A stretch of 63,964 bases of DNA, the filler included. It is 10 parts of 10 records of this genome, joined end to end, with 100 filler letters (N's around TTAATTAATTAA, not from the genome) between each part and the next. Parts side by side here need not be neighbours in the genome. Positions count along the whole stretch, not along the records: positions 38,011 to 47,413 come from DRR723986_27129; positions 47,514 to 53,557 come from DRR723986_27139; 8 more parts are not named here. One strand, written 5' to 3'. A program made the position numbers and the translations under genes. The stretch's first letter is position 1. Every line of letters starts with the position of its first letter. The notes under the pieces were generated by a model, which worked only from the letters and a program-made list of their open reading frames with translations, was not told the origin of the DNA and did no database searches. Shown piece by piece: positions 38,441 through 48,791 of this stretch.

Positions 38441-38490
38441 CGGGGCAAAAACATAAAAAAGCCCTATATAAATAGCAGGGAGGTTTACAA

Positions 38491-39231
38491 ATGATTTCTT
38501 TGAGGTTTCGGACATGCTTGAGGAAGCTTGGCCTTGATGTCCATCGTTACACTATCACCTCCAGCAATCATGCTCGTCTTAAGAATTTCATTCACTCCAT
38601 GGGAACTGACTTGGTCTTAGATGTGGGTGCGAATATGGGGCAGACCGGAGATGAATTGCGTCATTCTTTGGGCTATGACAAGACGATCCATTCGTTCGAA
38701 CCGCTTAGCTCGGCATTTGCAGAGTTAAAGGCAAATGCTGAAACTGATCCTTCATGGCATGCTCATAACGTCGCTCTTGGTAGCAGCGCGGGTAAGGTCG
38801 AAATCCATGTCGCGAACAACTCGCAAAGCTCTAGTCTACTACCGATGAGAAAGCGGCATTCCGATGCCGCGCCGGAATCTGCAATCAAGGGAACAGAGCT
38901 AGTTGCGGTTCGAACGCTGGATGAAGTGCTGCCGGAAATCCGCCAGGATGCTCAAAATATTTTCCTGAAATGTGACACACAGGGCTTCGAGCTCGAGGTT
39001 CTGAGGGGTGGGCAGAAGTCTCTCCCCGATATTGGCCTAGTCCTTTTGGAAATGTCCACTGAAGAACTATACGAAGGCTGTCCTCTGCTCGGCGATGTCA
39101 TCGCTTATATGTATGATCACGGCTTCGCGATGGTGGATGTGAAGGCTGGGTTTGCCGATCCTGAAACCGGGCAAATGCTTCAATGCGACGGGTTGTTCAT
39201 GAATCTTACTCTTCCACCGCGAAGACGGTAA
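38491..39231 (+). CDS. FkbM family methyltransferase
   Basis: LDVGANMGQ, SFEP, SSSLL, FLKCDTQGFELEVLRG, QCDGLF. Confidence 0.92.
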   Translation: MISLRFRTCLRKLGLDVHRYTITSSNHARLKNFIHSMGTDLVLDVGANMGQTGDELRHSLGYDKTIHSFEPLSSAFAELKANAETDPSWHAHNVALGSSAGKVEIHVANNSQSSSLLPMRKRHSDAAPESAIKGTELVAVRTLDEVLPEIRQDAQNIFLKCDTQGFELEVLRGGQKSLPDIGLVLLEMSTEELYEGCPLLGDVIAYMYDHGFAMVDVKAGFADPETGQMLQCDGLFMNLTLPPRRR

Positions 39232-39253
39232 TCACAGAGTAAGTGGGACAATA

Positions 39254-40561
39254 ATGACCATCCAATCACAGAAAGAGCCAGGGGCAGCACAGCCACGAGT
39301 ATTTCGCTCGGGCACACACCTCGTTTTGATACGTTTTTCTGGTGTTGCGTTCACGCTATTTACCACAATCCTGATTGCCCGCGGGCTCGGTGTTGAAGCC
39401 TATGGGCGTTATTCGTTCATATTCGCCATTGTGATGTTGGCAAGCATTCCATCGCAGATGGGGCTACCCGACCTAGTGGTTCGCGAAACTGCAAAAGCGG
39501 TCACCAAGTTGGATTCCGGTAAGTTTCGGGCGCTTCTGCACTGGGGGCACCTCTATATTGCGACAAGTTCGGCCGTCGTGATCGGGGCCATCCTCGGCTG
39601 GAGCGTTCTGACTGAGCAGCCTGATCTCCCGGCTTTGGTTGTGGCCTGCCTGTTGATCCCCTTGATTGCATTGGGCAACCTGCGCGGAGCAGCGCTACGG
39701 GGGTTGGGCCATAACGTATTGGGACAATTGCCAGAGTACATTATTCGCCCCATGCTCTTCTTCGCAAGCGCTGCGTTCTTGGCAACCTTCACGACCGGGA
39801 TGGAGCTTTATTGGGTCTTCGTGGCACAAGGTTTAGCGTCGCTTGTCGCTTTCTTGACTGGCTTCGCGATCCTCAAGACCGTTGGCCCGAAGACACCAAA
39901 AATTCAGGTGCCAAAAGTGGAGAAGAGCAAATGGAGAAGTGCGCTGGTCTCATTCGCAAGTATCTCTGGCCTGACCGTTGTCAACAGTTCTGCGGCTGTC
40001 GTTATGCTCGGGATTTGGTCAACCGACGTCCAAGTGGGGCAATATAGGCTCGCTGCCATGGTCGGTGCATTATTCACAGTCGGCCTTCAAACCATGACCA
40101 CATTCTCCATGTCGCACATGTCCACATATTTTCAGCTCAACGACAAGGCAAAACTTACACACGTAGTGCAACGGTCGAGCCAGTTCTCCTTTGCATTGGC
40201 AGTCACGGGCTTTTTAATTGCTCTTTTTGTCGGGCCAGCAGGGTTGGAATGGATTTTTGGAACTGGCTTCGCGGAATCGTTTCCAATTTTGCTGGTACTG
40301 GCTAGTGGACACCTCACAAACGCGTTCTTCGGCCCCGTCACGAGCCTGTTGACGATGAGTGGAACGGAAAGAACAGTCGTCAAATTATCTGCCTTGGGCG
40401 CAGGCAGCAATATCCTCTTGAATCTAATATTGATACCAACCCATGGTGCCATTGGAGCTGCGGTGGCAACTGCCGTGTCTATCATAGCCATCCGGATAGC
40501 GCTCTTTCTGATTGCGCAGCGGAAATTAGGTGTTTCCAGCTGGCCGTTGGCGTCTTTGTAG
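39254..40561 (+). CDS. Wzx-type oligosaccharide flippase
   Basis: About 12 TM; ARGLG.E.YGRY, VGQY, NILLNLILIP.HGAIGAAVAT. Confidence 0.88.
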   Translation: MTIQSQKEPGAAQPRVFRSGTHLVLIRFSGVAFTLFTTILIARGLGVEAYGRYSFIFAIVMLASIPSQMGLPDLVVRETAKAVTKLDSGKFRALLHWGHLYIATSSAVVIGAILGWSVLTEQPDLPALVVACLLIPLIALGNLRGAALRGLGHNVLGQLPEYIIRPMLFFASAAFLATFTTGMELYWVFVAQGLASLVAFLTGFAILKTVGPKTPKIQVPKVEKSKWRSALVSFASISGLTVVNSSAAVVMLGIWSTDVQVGQYRLAAMVGALFTVGLQTMTTFSMSHMSTYFQLNDKAKLTHVVQRSSQFSFALAVTGFLIALFVGPAGLEWIFGTGFAESFPILLVLASGHLTNAFFGPVTSLLTMSGTERTVVKLSALGAGSNILLNLILIPTHGAIGAAVATAVSIIAIRIALFLIAQRKLGVSSWPLASL

Positions 40562-40576
40562 GAGAAATTTGTGCCC

Positions 40577-41386
40577 ATGACGAAACAACGCTTCTTCGTA
40601 AATTCCTTGCCGAAATCCGGTACGAATCTATTGTCACGGGCGTTCGATTTGGCGGGTTGCGCGTATGGGGAACTTGGGGTGTCGTCAGCCCTCGTCATGG
40701 GGACGTGGCAATTACCGCGACAGATCGCACGCAGATCTTTCTTTGAGTTAGACCCTGTGATCGTCGGGCTTGAGGTGCAGATGCCGGTACGCCGCGCTTG
40801 GCTCAACCGGCGGCTGGCACGAGTACCCACCGGGGGCTATATCACGGGTCACGCTAACTGGAGTACTGGGCTGGAAAACCTGCTCACCGCGAATGGCTAC
40901 CGTATCGTGCTCATCATCCGAGATCCGCGCGACGTCCTGATCTCGCATGGCCATTACGTCGCACGGTCCCGCAATCATTTTCTCAACGCGACCTACAGCC
41001 GGCTCGACCTGGCCGCACGGACCCGCCTTACCCTCGACGGCGGGCGGATCGACGGTCTTGACGTCGCCCCGTTCACCACGATGCTGGAGCGAATTGACCG
41101 TTGGATCGGCCGCCCCGGGGTCGAGGTGATCCGCTTCGAGGATATCGTCGGTCCGGCCGGCGGAGGCAGCCTGGAAAGCCAACGGACTGTGCTCGAGACG
41201 CTGTCTAAGTTGACCGGTCGCTCCTTTGACCCAGACCTGATGGAAGCCAAGCTCTACGGGGAGTCGCACACTTTTCGAAAAGGGCGCATCGGCTCGGCGG
41301 CCGAGGAGCTTGACCCCGAGACCTTGTCCCTGGTCGACGCCGCGCTCGGGCCAATCCTACAAAAATGGGGTTACACCGATGAGTAA
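40577..41386 (+). CDS. PAPS-dependent sulfotransferase
   Basis: 5'-PSB SLPKSGTNLL, 3'-PB RDPRDVLIS, RFEDI, FRKGRIG. Confidence 0.88.
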   Translation: MTKQRFFVNSLPKSGTNLLSRAFDLAGCAYGELGVSSALVMGTWQLPRQIARRSFFELDPVIVGLEVQMPVRRAWLNRRLARVPTGGYITGHANWSTGLENLLTANGYRIVLIIRDPRDVLISHGHYVARSRNHFLNATYSRLDLAARTRLTLDGGRIDGLDVAPFTTMLERIDRWIGRPGVEVIRFEDIVGPAGGGSLESQRTVLETLSKLTGRSFDPDLMEAKLYGESHTFRKGRIGSAAEELDPETLSLVDAALGPILQKWGYTDE

Positions 41387-42173
41387 GGCGACTGTTACAC
41401 CGCTGATTTCGGTGATCTCGATCACGCTCAACGACCGCGACGGGCTTCGGCGCACCGTCGAAAGCCTGCAATCGCAAACAGATGCACCGAGCTACGAGCA
41501 TATTGTCGTCGATGGCGTCTCCGACTATGACGTCGCCGGGCTGCTGGCCGAAATGGGCTCGACAGCGCAGCTGCATCAGGGCCACGACAAAGGGCTCTAC
41601 GACGCGATGAACACCGGCACCGGGCTAGCGCGCGGTGGCTACCTAATCTACCTCAATGGCGGTGACACGCTGGCCGGGCCGGAAGTCCTGTCTGAGGTGG
41701 GCACCGTGCTCTCCAGCGAACAGCCCGACTTACTCTACGGCGACAGCCTTGAACGCCAGCTTGATGGAGAGGACGTATTCAAGATTGCACACAGCCACAC
41801 AAGTGCACCGGCTCGGATGTTTACACACCACCAATCTATGATTTTCCGCAGGGCGATCGTGTCGGACACGGGGCTTCGCTACGATCTAGCGTATCCCATT
41901 GCCGCTGACTACGACTTCACGCTTCGGTTTCTGGAACAGGCAAACCGGATCGTGCGCTTTCCTGGCGTGATCGCCAATTTCTCTGCCGGTGGGGTCTCAC
42001 AGGTCAAACACCACGTCGGCCGCCTGGAGCAATTTGTGGTGCGAAGACGGCACTTCGGGAACATCAGATTTGCGGTGCGCGTATATCTGATGCAGATTTT
42101 CGGCCAATACATGCGGGCACTTTCACCAAAACTATATTGGCGACTGCGCGCCATCGCTGGAAAGATGTCCTGA
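41379..42173 (+). CDS. GT2 glycosyltransferase (WcaE/GT2-like)
   Basis: VVDGVSD, DKGLYDAMN.G, YLNGGD, HQSM, AADY. Confidence 0.88.
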   Translation: MSKATVTPLISVISITLNDRDGLRRTVESLQSQTDAPSYEHIVVDGVSDYDVAGLLAEMGSTAQLHQGHDKGLYDAMNTGTGLARGGYLIYLNGGDTLAGPEVLSEVGTVLSSEQPDLLYGDSLERQLDGEDVFKIAHSHTSAPARMFTHHQSMIFRRAIVSDTGLRYDLAYPIAADYDFTLRFLEQANRIVRFPGVIANFSAGGVSQVKHHVGRLEQFVVRRRHFGNIRFAVRVYLMQIFGQYMRALSPKLYWRLRAIAGKMS

Positions 42174-42985
42174 TGAATAAGAAAATTACGGTCCTAGTCA
42201 TTGGCCCCACCAGAACGGCGGCGACCGCGTTGTGGCAAGGTCTGAAAGGAGTCGAAACGGTCAGCGTCGCCCCCACCAAGGAGAACTATTTCTTCGGCAG
42301 GCGACTTGCCGGAAAGTCCAACCAGTCCTACGGTGACTACTTGTCGAAACATTTTGCGGGCGACCTTCGGGTCGATTTCGAGCCATCGATCTTTCACTCC
42401 AACGACCAGCTACGCCAGGCTTTCGCCACGCCCGGCATCGACCGCTTCGTCGGGATTCTCCGGCCACCGCTCGACCTCTACAAAAGCGCCTACGCTTATA
42501 ATACTCGCAATGGAATGACATACGACGGGTTCGAGGATTTTTTCCGACAAGCTTCGGGGCATTATGCCTACAGCAGGGTCGCAGCAATTGCCCGTGACGC
42601 TGGGGTTTCTATCACCTGGCTCCCTCATGAGGCACTCGTCACTGATTTGCTGGCTTTCTTTACTGCGACCGGACTCCCTTGCGCTAGCCAGTCGGCCCTT
42701 CCCCTGATGCAGCTGAACAGTTCGCAGAAACAGGTCTCGGCAATCGGTCGAATCGTGAAACAGGCGCGGTCGCTAAAAAAATTTGCACTGGTAAGGACCG
42801 TCGCGGAGCGTGTTCGCGGTAGCTGGGTTTACGAAAACCTCGTCTTTAGTCCTACGAAACAGGCACTTTCTATTCCCGCAAGCGAACTCGCCGCGGTGAG
42901 AGCGTCGCTGGCAAAGGAGGACGCGTTTTACTTGTCGGTTCTGGCAGAGGCCAAACGCTCCATGGCTGATCCTTCACCATTGTGA
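42173..42985 (+). CDS. Second, divergent sulfotransferase-like protein
   Basis: IGPTRTAATALW (5'-PSB-like), KENYFF, ILRPPLDLYKSAY (3'-PB-like); TGATG coupling. Confidence 0.65.
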   Translation: MNKKITVLVIGPTRTAATALWQGLKGVETVSVAPTKENYFFGRRLAGKSNQSYGDYLSKHFAGDLRVDFEPSIFHSNDQLRQAFATPGIDRFVGILRPPLDLYKSAYAYNTRNGMTYDGFEDFFRQASGHYAYSRVAAIARDAGVSITWLPHEALVTDLLAFFTATGLPCASQSALPLMQLNSSQKQVSAIGRIVKQARSLKKFALVRTVAERVRGSWVYENLVFSPTKQALSIPASELAAVRASLAKEDAFYLSVLAEAKRSMADPSPL

Positions 42986-43001
42986 GTCGGGCGTCCAGTT
43001 C

Positions 43002-44288
43002 ATGAGATACTTCCCCGATGCCGCAAGGCCGTCGCTATACGTCGATACCGTGACGCACAATCACCGCTCGGATCGATATGGAATAACACTTATCTTCCTG
43101 TTGTTGGTTGTGTCTGCCAGCTGGGTGGCAAATCTCGGCGCAAATTGGCTTCAGTATTTTCTCTTGACAGCAACATTCGCGCTTTGTGTTTTGCGAGCTC
43201 CGTTCTCGCGCTTCAAAAAGAACTCTCTTTTCTCTTTCACGTTCTTATTTATTGGCGTCGGGTTTGTGAGCACCATTAGGCCGGGCGGCGCTAACACTGG
43301 TGACTTGTATTTCCTCTCACAGATCGTGATCGGATTTCTAGCAGCTTCAATGTTCGGATCGGATCACCGTCGCGCATTCGGGCTATTTGTTCATGTCATG
43401 TTTTATCTCTGCCTTAGTTCTTTAATACTATTCCCTTTTGTGTTTCTGTTTCCGGGCATGATAATTGCCGTCCCCGAAGTGTTTCAAAATTTCTTCGAGG
43501 GCTCATATAACGAAAACAGGCGCTTTTATACGTTGTTTGGGATAACGTACTTTGTGTCTGGAGATGGAGCAGATGGTATATGGAGAAATCAGTCTATCTT
43601 CTGGGAGCCGGGAATGTTTGGTATGTTCTCGGTCATTGCATTTCTGGTTTCCGATTCGATTGGTGCGGCATGGAAGAAAAAAATCGTATTCTTTATAAGC
43701 GCCATTAGCTCATTAGCTCCCGGAGCATATGCGCTACTTTCCATATATTTCGGCCTGCGCATGGCGCGAGCAGTCAATAGGGGTATCATTGTAGCGACCT
43801 TTGTTGTGCTTGTTTTCACCTGTATTGCGGCTTTAGCGCTTCCTTCTCTTCGTGAGATTGTCCTGTTTATTTTTCAGCGAGATATTTATAACGATCCGAG
43901 CGTCATCGTTCGGAGCACTGACTTTTGGCTGCCGTATGTAGTCGCACTTGATTCACCCTTTTTTGGATTCTCGACAATCGAACCCTATCAGGATAGGATG
44001 AGATTTTCGATAGATTCGGCAATGCAAGGCATAACAAACTCGGTAGGGGCATATTTCTACCGCTACGGCTACATTTTTTCGGCTTTCTTCATTTTTTGGA
44101 TTTTCCGTTCGTTTTCGCGAGCTGGCCCGGCTTTTGGTGCAATGCCAAACATTCTTTTGTTGGGTCTGATGTATGAGCCTATCGGGTTCTCGTCCATTTT
44201 CGTGTTCTTCGCCTTTTTAGCCGTTGCGGCGCGCAAAGAAGTAAGAGCTGCCCCTCCCTCGCAACACACGGCAAAAGGCATTGCATGA
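43002..44288 (+). CDS. Wzy-like polysaccharide polymerase
   Basis: About 11 TM, Phe-rich, lower GC; RNQSIFWEPG loop motif. Confidence 0.75.
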   Translation: MRYFPDAARPSLYVDTVTHNHRSDRYGITLIFLLLVVSASWVANLGANWLQYFLLTATFALCVLRAPFSRFKKNSLFSFTFLFIGVGFVSTIRPGGANTGDLYFLSQIVIGFLAASMFGSDHRRAFGLFVHVMFYLCLSSLILFPFVFLFPGMIIAVPEVFQNFFEGSYNENRRFYTLFGITYFVSGDGADGIWRNQSIFWEPGMFGMFSVIAFLVSDSIGAAWKKKIVFFISAISSLAPGAYALLSIYFGLRMARAVNRGIIVATFVVLVFTCIAALALPSLREIVLFIFQRDIYNDPSVIVRSTDFWLPYVVALDSPFFGFSTIEPYQDRMRFSIDSAMQGITNSVGAYFYRYGYIFSAFFIFWIFRSFSRAGPAFGAMPNILLLGLMYEPIGFSSIFVFFAFLAVAARKEVRAAPPSQHTAKGIA

Positions 44289-45235
44289 CTCTCACCGTCG
44301 TCATCCTTACAATGAACGAGTCCCGTCATATCCAGCGCGCGATCGACAGTGTCTCGGCTGTGGCCGACCATGTTCTCGTGCTCGATTCCGGCTCGACCGA
44401 CGCGACCGTCGAGATCGCCGAGCGCAACGGCGCGCAGGTGCTGCATAACCCCTGGCGCAACTACGCCACGCAATTCAATCATGCCCTCGAGCACCTTCCC
44501 CAGGGGGCCGAATGGGTGCTGCGCCTCGATGCCGACGAATTTGTTTCTTGCGAGCTCGCGTGCGAGATTGCGGCCGTGCTGGATAGGCTGGGGCCAGAGA
44601 TAGACGGTGTATATGTCTCGCGGCGGATGAACTTTCTCGGCCGGCCAATCCGCTGGGGTGGTGTTTTTCCGATCCGGGTGCTTCGGCTATTCCGTGCTGG
44701 ACGCGGCCGATGTGAAGATCGCTGGATGGACGAACACATCCTCGTCGAAGGCGCGACAGCTGAATTCCAGGGCGAAATCATCGACGACAATCTGAACTCG
44801 CTGACCTGGTGGACCGAAAAACATAACGCGTATGCGTCGCGCGAGGCGGTGGATCTCCTAAACCTTGCGTGCGGCTTCATAGCGCATGAAACGGTCGCTG
44901 ATTTGAGCGGCGGCCAGCAAGCAGGCGTGAAGCGCTGGCTCAAGGAGCGGGTCTATGCTCGGCTGCCAGGTGGGTTCCGTGCGTTTGTGTATTTCATCTA
45001 CCGGTACGTGGTCCGGTTGGGGTTTCTCGATGGGAAAGAGGGCACCGCCTTTCACGTTCTGCAGGGGTTTTGGTATCGCTACCTTGTCGATGCCAAGCTT
45101 CACGAAGTACGGCTTTACATGCAGCGCAACGACGTCGATGTGGTTTGTGCTATCCGCGATGTGCTCGGGATCGATGTGGAGGGCTCAGCCAACACCGACG
45201 AACAGAACAGCCGCCAAAAGGCACGGGACAGTTGA
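44285..45235 (+). CDS. GT2 glycosyltransferase
   Basis: ILTMNE, DSGSTD.T, WVLRLDADE, RWMDEH, QGFWYRYLVDAK. Confidence 0.9.
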   Translation: MTLTVVILTMNESRHIQRAIDSVSAVADHVLVLDSGSTDATVEIAERNGAQVLHNPWRNYATQFNHALEHLPQGAEWVLRLDADEFVSCELACEIAAVLDRLGPEIDGVYVSRRMNFLGRPIRWGGVFPIRVLRLFRAGRGRCEDRWMDEHILVEGATAEFQGEIIDDNLNSLTWWTEKHNAYASREAVDLLNLACGFIAHETVADLSGGQQAGVKRWLKERVYARLPGGFRAFVYFIYRYVVRLGFLDGKEGTAFHVLQGFWYRYLVDAKLHEVRLYMQRNDVDVVCAIRDVLGIDVEGSANTDEQNSRQKARDS

Positions 45236-45238
45236 GTG

Positions 45239-45897
45239 TCACTCCCAAACATTATGCTCCGCATGGGCGAGGTTGCGAGAGAGCACATTGATCGAACTCC
45301 AGCCCCCGGCTCGCATGATGGCGGCGGTGTCAAAGCCACGATGCAGAAGGTCCTGCGCCGCCCCACCGCGCATCGAGTGCCCGGAAAACTCCCGCGCCTC
45401 ACACGGATCAAGGCCCGCCAGACCGGAGCCTTCCTTGACTAACCGCTTCACGGTGTCGGGCGAAAGCGCCCGATCGATCGGCTGGCCATGATAGATCGGG
45501 CAGAAGAGCGGCGCGATCTCAGTGCTCCGCCACGCGAGCCAATTCGCAACGAGCCGCGCCGTATGCGCAGACGTGAAGGCGATCCGCCCCTCGCCGAATG
45601 GGTCGTTCTTGGCGCGACGAATGAGGACGCGCGGCGTGCCATCCTAGCGCGCGTCGAGGTCTCCCACTTGGAATTCTACGAGTTCCGAGCGGCGAGTCAG
45701 AAGCTCGTAGCCGAGGCCCAGCATGGCGCGGTTCCGCAGCCCCCAAGGCGTGTCCGGCTGACCGGCAAGGAAGCGATCAAGATAGGCGCGTGTCAGACCC
45801 TTGGCTTGCTTGGGACGACCCGGTTTGGCGCGGCTGACGCGACGCAGCGCGAGGTTAATGTCCTCGTCCTGCGTCGGATCAGGCAGCCTGAGCAGCC
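45239..45897 (-). pseudogene. Tyrosine recombinase/integrase pseudogene
   Basis: One frame gives RNRAML..YELLTRRSEL, TAG at 45644-45646, RRAKNDPFGEG, SGHSMR.GAAQDLL, VLSRNL (Tyr position is Asn); N-terminus replaced by IS3 DNA. Confidence 0.85.
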
Positions 45898-46717
45898 CGC
45901 GTGGGCTGCGTGCCTTCCGAAGCCGTCCGGCCAGCCGCAGGCAGCACATGGACATGGTGGTTCTGGGGCACATCAAGGAGCAGTCGCGCCTGAGCCTGGG
46001 TAGCTATGGCCGCGCCAGGCTGACTCAAGAACTCAAGGAGGTTGGCGTTGAAGTGGGGCACCGGCGTGTCGGGCGACTGATGCGCGAGAACGCGATTGTC
46101 GTTGAAAGAACGAGGAAATTCAAAGCGACCACTGACAGCGATCACACGTTCAACATCGCGCTGAACCTGCTGGATCGTGACTTCACGGCAGATCGCCCCA
46201 ATCAGAAATGGGCAGGCGATATCAGCTATGTGTGGAGTCGCGAGGGCTGGCTGTATCTGGCAGTTATCCTCGATCTGCATTCCCGGCGAGTGATCGGCTG
46301 GGCCGTCAGCAATCGCATGAAGCGCGACCTTGCGATCCGGACACTGAAAATGGCCATTGCCCTGCGATCACCGCCCAAGGGCTGCATCTTCCACAGCGAT
46401 CGCGGCAGCCAATATTGTTAACACGACTATCAGAAAGTGCTTCGTGAGCATGGGTTCAAGGCTTCAATGAGCGGCAAAGGTAACTGCTATGACAATGCAG
46501 CCGTTGAGACCTTCTTCAAGACGATCAAGGCCGAGCTGATCTGGCGCAGGTCCTGGGAAACGCGCCGCCAAGCCGAAACCGTCATCTTCCAGTACTTCAA
46601 CGGCTTCTATAACCCGCGCCGTCGGCATTCAGCATTGGGAGGCAAAAGCCAAGTGGCCTTCGAACGCCAAGTGGCCTATACCAGCACTGGGGGCGGCACA
46701 AATACGTGACAGGTCCG
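45892..46717 (+). mobile_element. Truncated IS3-family element (orfB with nonsense codon)
   Basis: SYGR..LT.EL, FKATTDS, PNQKWAGDISY, HSDRGSQYC then TAA 46419-46421, in-frame GNCYDNAAVETFFKTIK, YNPRRRHS; IR-like end GGCGGCACAAATACGTGACAGGTCC. Confidence 0.9.
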
Positions 46718-46849
46718 GAAACAGCCGTACTACCTTACGGGATGTGACAAATAGCTTACAGTCACAATACTACAAAGCGATGCTGGCTCAATAAAACGCA
46801 ATAGTCCACCATTAACGAGAACCATAAACATGAAAGAGAATCCTAAAAT

Positions 46850-47413
46850 ATGACCAAGTGCGCACTCATCACGGGCATCACCGGTCAGGACGGCTCCTAC
46901 CTCGCTGAACTACTGCTCGAAAAAGGCTATGAGGTGCATGGCATCAAGCGGCGCGCTTCGCTTTTCAACACACAGCGTATCGACCATATTTACGAAGATT
47001 CGCACAATCCGAACTCGCACCTCAAACTCCATTACGGCGATCTGACCGACAGCTCGAACCTGACCCGAATTCTGTCAGAGGTTCAGCCCGATGAGGTTTA
47101 TAACCTCGGCGCTCAGAGCCACGTCGCGGTCAGTTTCGAGAGCCCGGAATATACAGCAGATGTCGACGCCACCGGCACCTTGCGCTTACTTGAGGCAATC
47201 CGCTTTTTGGGGTTCGAGAAGAAGACACGGTTCTATCAGGCATCGACATCCGAGCTTTACGGCCTCGTGCAGGAAATCCCCCAGACCGAGACGACGCCGT
47301 TCCACCCACGTAGCCCTTATGCGGTGGCTAAGATGTATGCCTATTGGATAACGGTGAACTATCGTGAGGCCTACGGGATGTATGCCTGCAACGGCATCCT
47401 CTTCAATCACGAG
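46850..47413 (+). CDS. gmd: GDP-mannose 4,6-dehydratase (3' truncated)
   Basis: [49 protein letters not shown]. Confidence 0.97.
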
Positions 47414-47513
47414 NNNNNNNNNNNNNNNNNNNNNNNNNNNNNNNNNNNNNNNNNNNNTTAATTAATTAANNNNNNNNNNNNNNNNNNNNNNNNNNNNNNN
47501 NNNNNNNNNNNNN
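47414..47513. other. Artificial contig spacer
   Basis: N-run with TTAATTAATTAA. Confidence 0.99.
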
Positions 47514-47960
47514 CACGCGCTGCTGCTGGCCGCCGGAAAGCTGTGCCGGGTATTTGTCGGCCTGTTCGGGGATATGAACCCGGTCGAGATACTTGCGTGC
47601 GGTGTCCTCTGCCTGTTTCTGGCTTTGCCGGCGCACTTTCATCGGGCCAATCATCAGGTTTTCCAGAACCGTCAGATGCGGAAACAGGTTGAACTGCTGG
47701 AACACCATGCCGACTTCCTGCCGCAGGCCGCGCATCTCCTTGGAGTTTTCGTGCACTTCAACCCCGTCAATCACCAGCTTGCCGGAATTGTGCCATTCAA
47801 GGCCGTTGAAACAGCGAATGAGCGTGGATTTGCCGGACCCGGAAGGGCCACAGATCACCATCTTCTCGCCCTGGTGGACCGTCAGATTGACATCCTTCAG
47901 AGCGTGAAAGTCTCCGTAGAACTTGTCGAGGTTCGCGACCTCGATAATGGGATCGGACAT
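47514..47960 (-). CDS. Polar amino-acid ABC transporter ATP-binding protein (3' truncated)
   Basis: GPSGSGKSTLIRC, VGMVFQQFNLFPHLTV, LSGGQQQRV. Confidence 0.93.
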
Positions 47961-48201
47961 GGCCGTCATCGCGAACGGACCCGCTGGCCGATGATGGAAA
48001 CGGACGATCTGCCGGTTGGCATGACCGCCCCCGATCCTGTGCGATTCCCCCGCGTGAGCAATGTCCCGGCCCCTGAATCTGTTGCGTGTCGTTGAATTAG
48101 GTTGCGCGAGGCGCAATAACTCGTCAATAAAAAATGTAGCACGAATGTGAATTGAGGCCACAGCGCTTAGTTTTTGAGCACAGATATGTGAAGGAGCGAC
48201 C

Positions 48202-48780
48202 ATGTCTGCCTGGATCAGAATGCTTTCCGATGACGAGGCCGATGCGCCGCTGAAGGCAGCCCTCGACTTTGCCCGGACACCTCATGGCACGGTGGACAAC
48301 GTCATGCGTGTGCACTCCCTGCGCCCCAGCACGATGAACGGCCATGTTGTGCTCTACCGTGCCTGCCTGCATGACGACAGCAACACCGTGCCGATGTGGT
48401 TTCAGGAAGTCATCAGCTCCTATGTCTCTGCCCTCAACGACTGCCCCTATTCCTATGCCAATCACTGGTCGAACGCCCGTCACCTGATCGGCGACGACGC
48501 CCGTGCGGACACCGTTGAAGCCGCCATTCAGGCGCACCGGCCCGAGGATGCGTTCGGCGGGGCCGACCTTGCCGCCCTGCGCTATGCCGCCAAGCTGACC
48601 CTGCATCCGGGCAAGATCGAAAAGGCCGATGTGGACAGCCTGCGTGACGAGGGCTGGGACGATGGCGAGATCCTGGAAATCAACCAGATCGTCGGATATT
48701 TCAACTATGCCAACAGGTTGCTGAACGGACTCGGCGTCACGACCGAGGGCGATGTGGTAGGCTATTACAAGAAGGACTAG
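48202..48780 (+). CDS. AhpD/carboxymuconolactone decarboxylase-like peroxidase-related protein
   Basis: VHSLRP, VSALNDCPYSYANH, YAAKLT..P, EILEINQIVGYFNYANR. Confidence 0.82.
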   Translation: MSAWIRMLSDDEADAPLKAALDFARTPHGTVDNVMRVHSLRPSTMNGHVVLYRACLHDDSNTVPMWFQEVISSYVSALNDCPYSYANHWSNARHLIGDDARADTVEAAIQAHRPEDAFGGADLAALRYAAKLTLHPGKIEKADVDSLRDEGWDDGEILEINQIVGYFNYANRLLNGLGVTTEGDVVGYYKKD

Positions 48781-48791
48781 GGGCACGGCCC

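Noticed and set aside
46419..46421. Programmed readthrough or frameshift in the IS3 orfB
   Set aside because: The stop lies inside the DDE domain, not at the orfA/orfB junction; best explained as a nonsense mutation
46744..46767. TGTGAC..GTCACA dyad upstream of gmd considered as a CRP/FNR site
   Set aside because: Spacing is far longer than the N6 required; function unsupported
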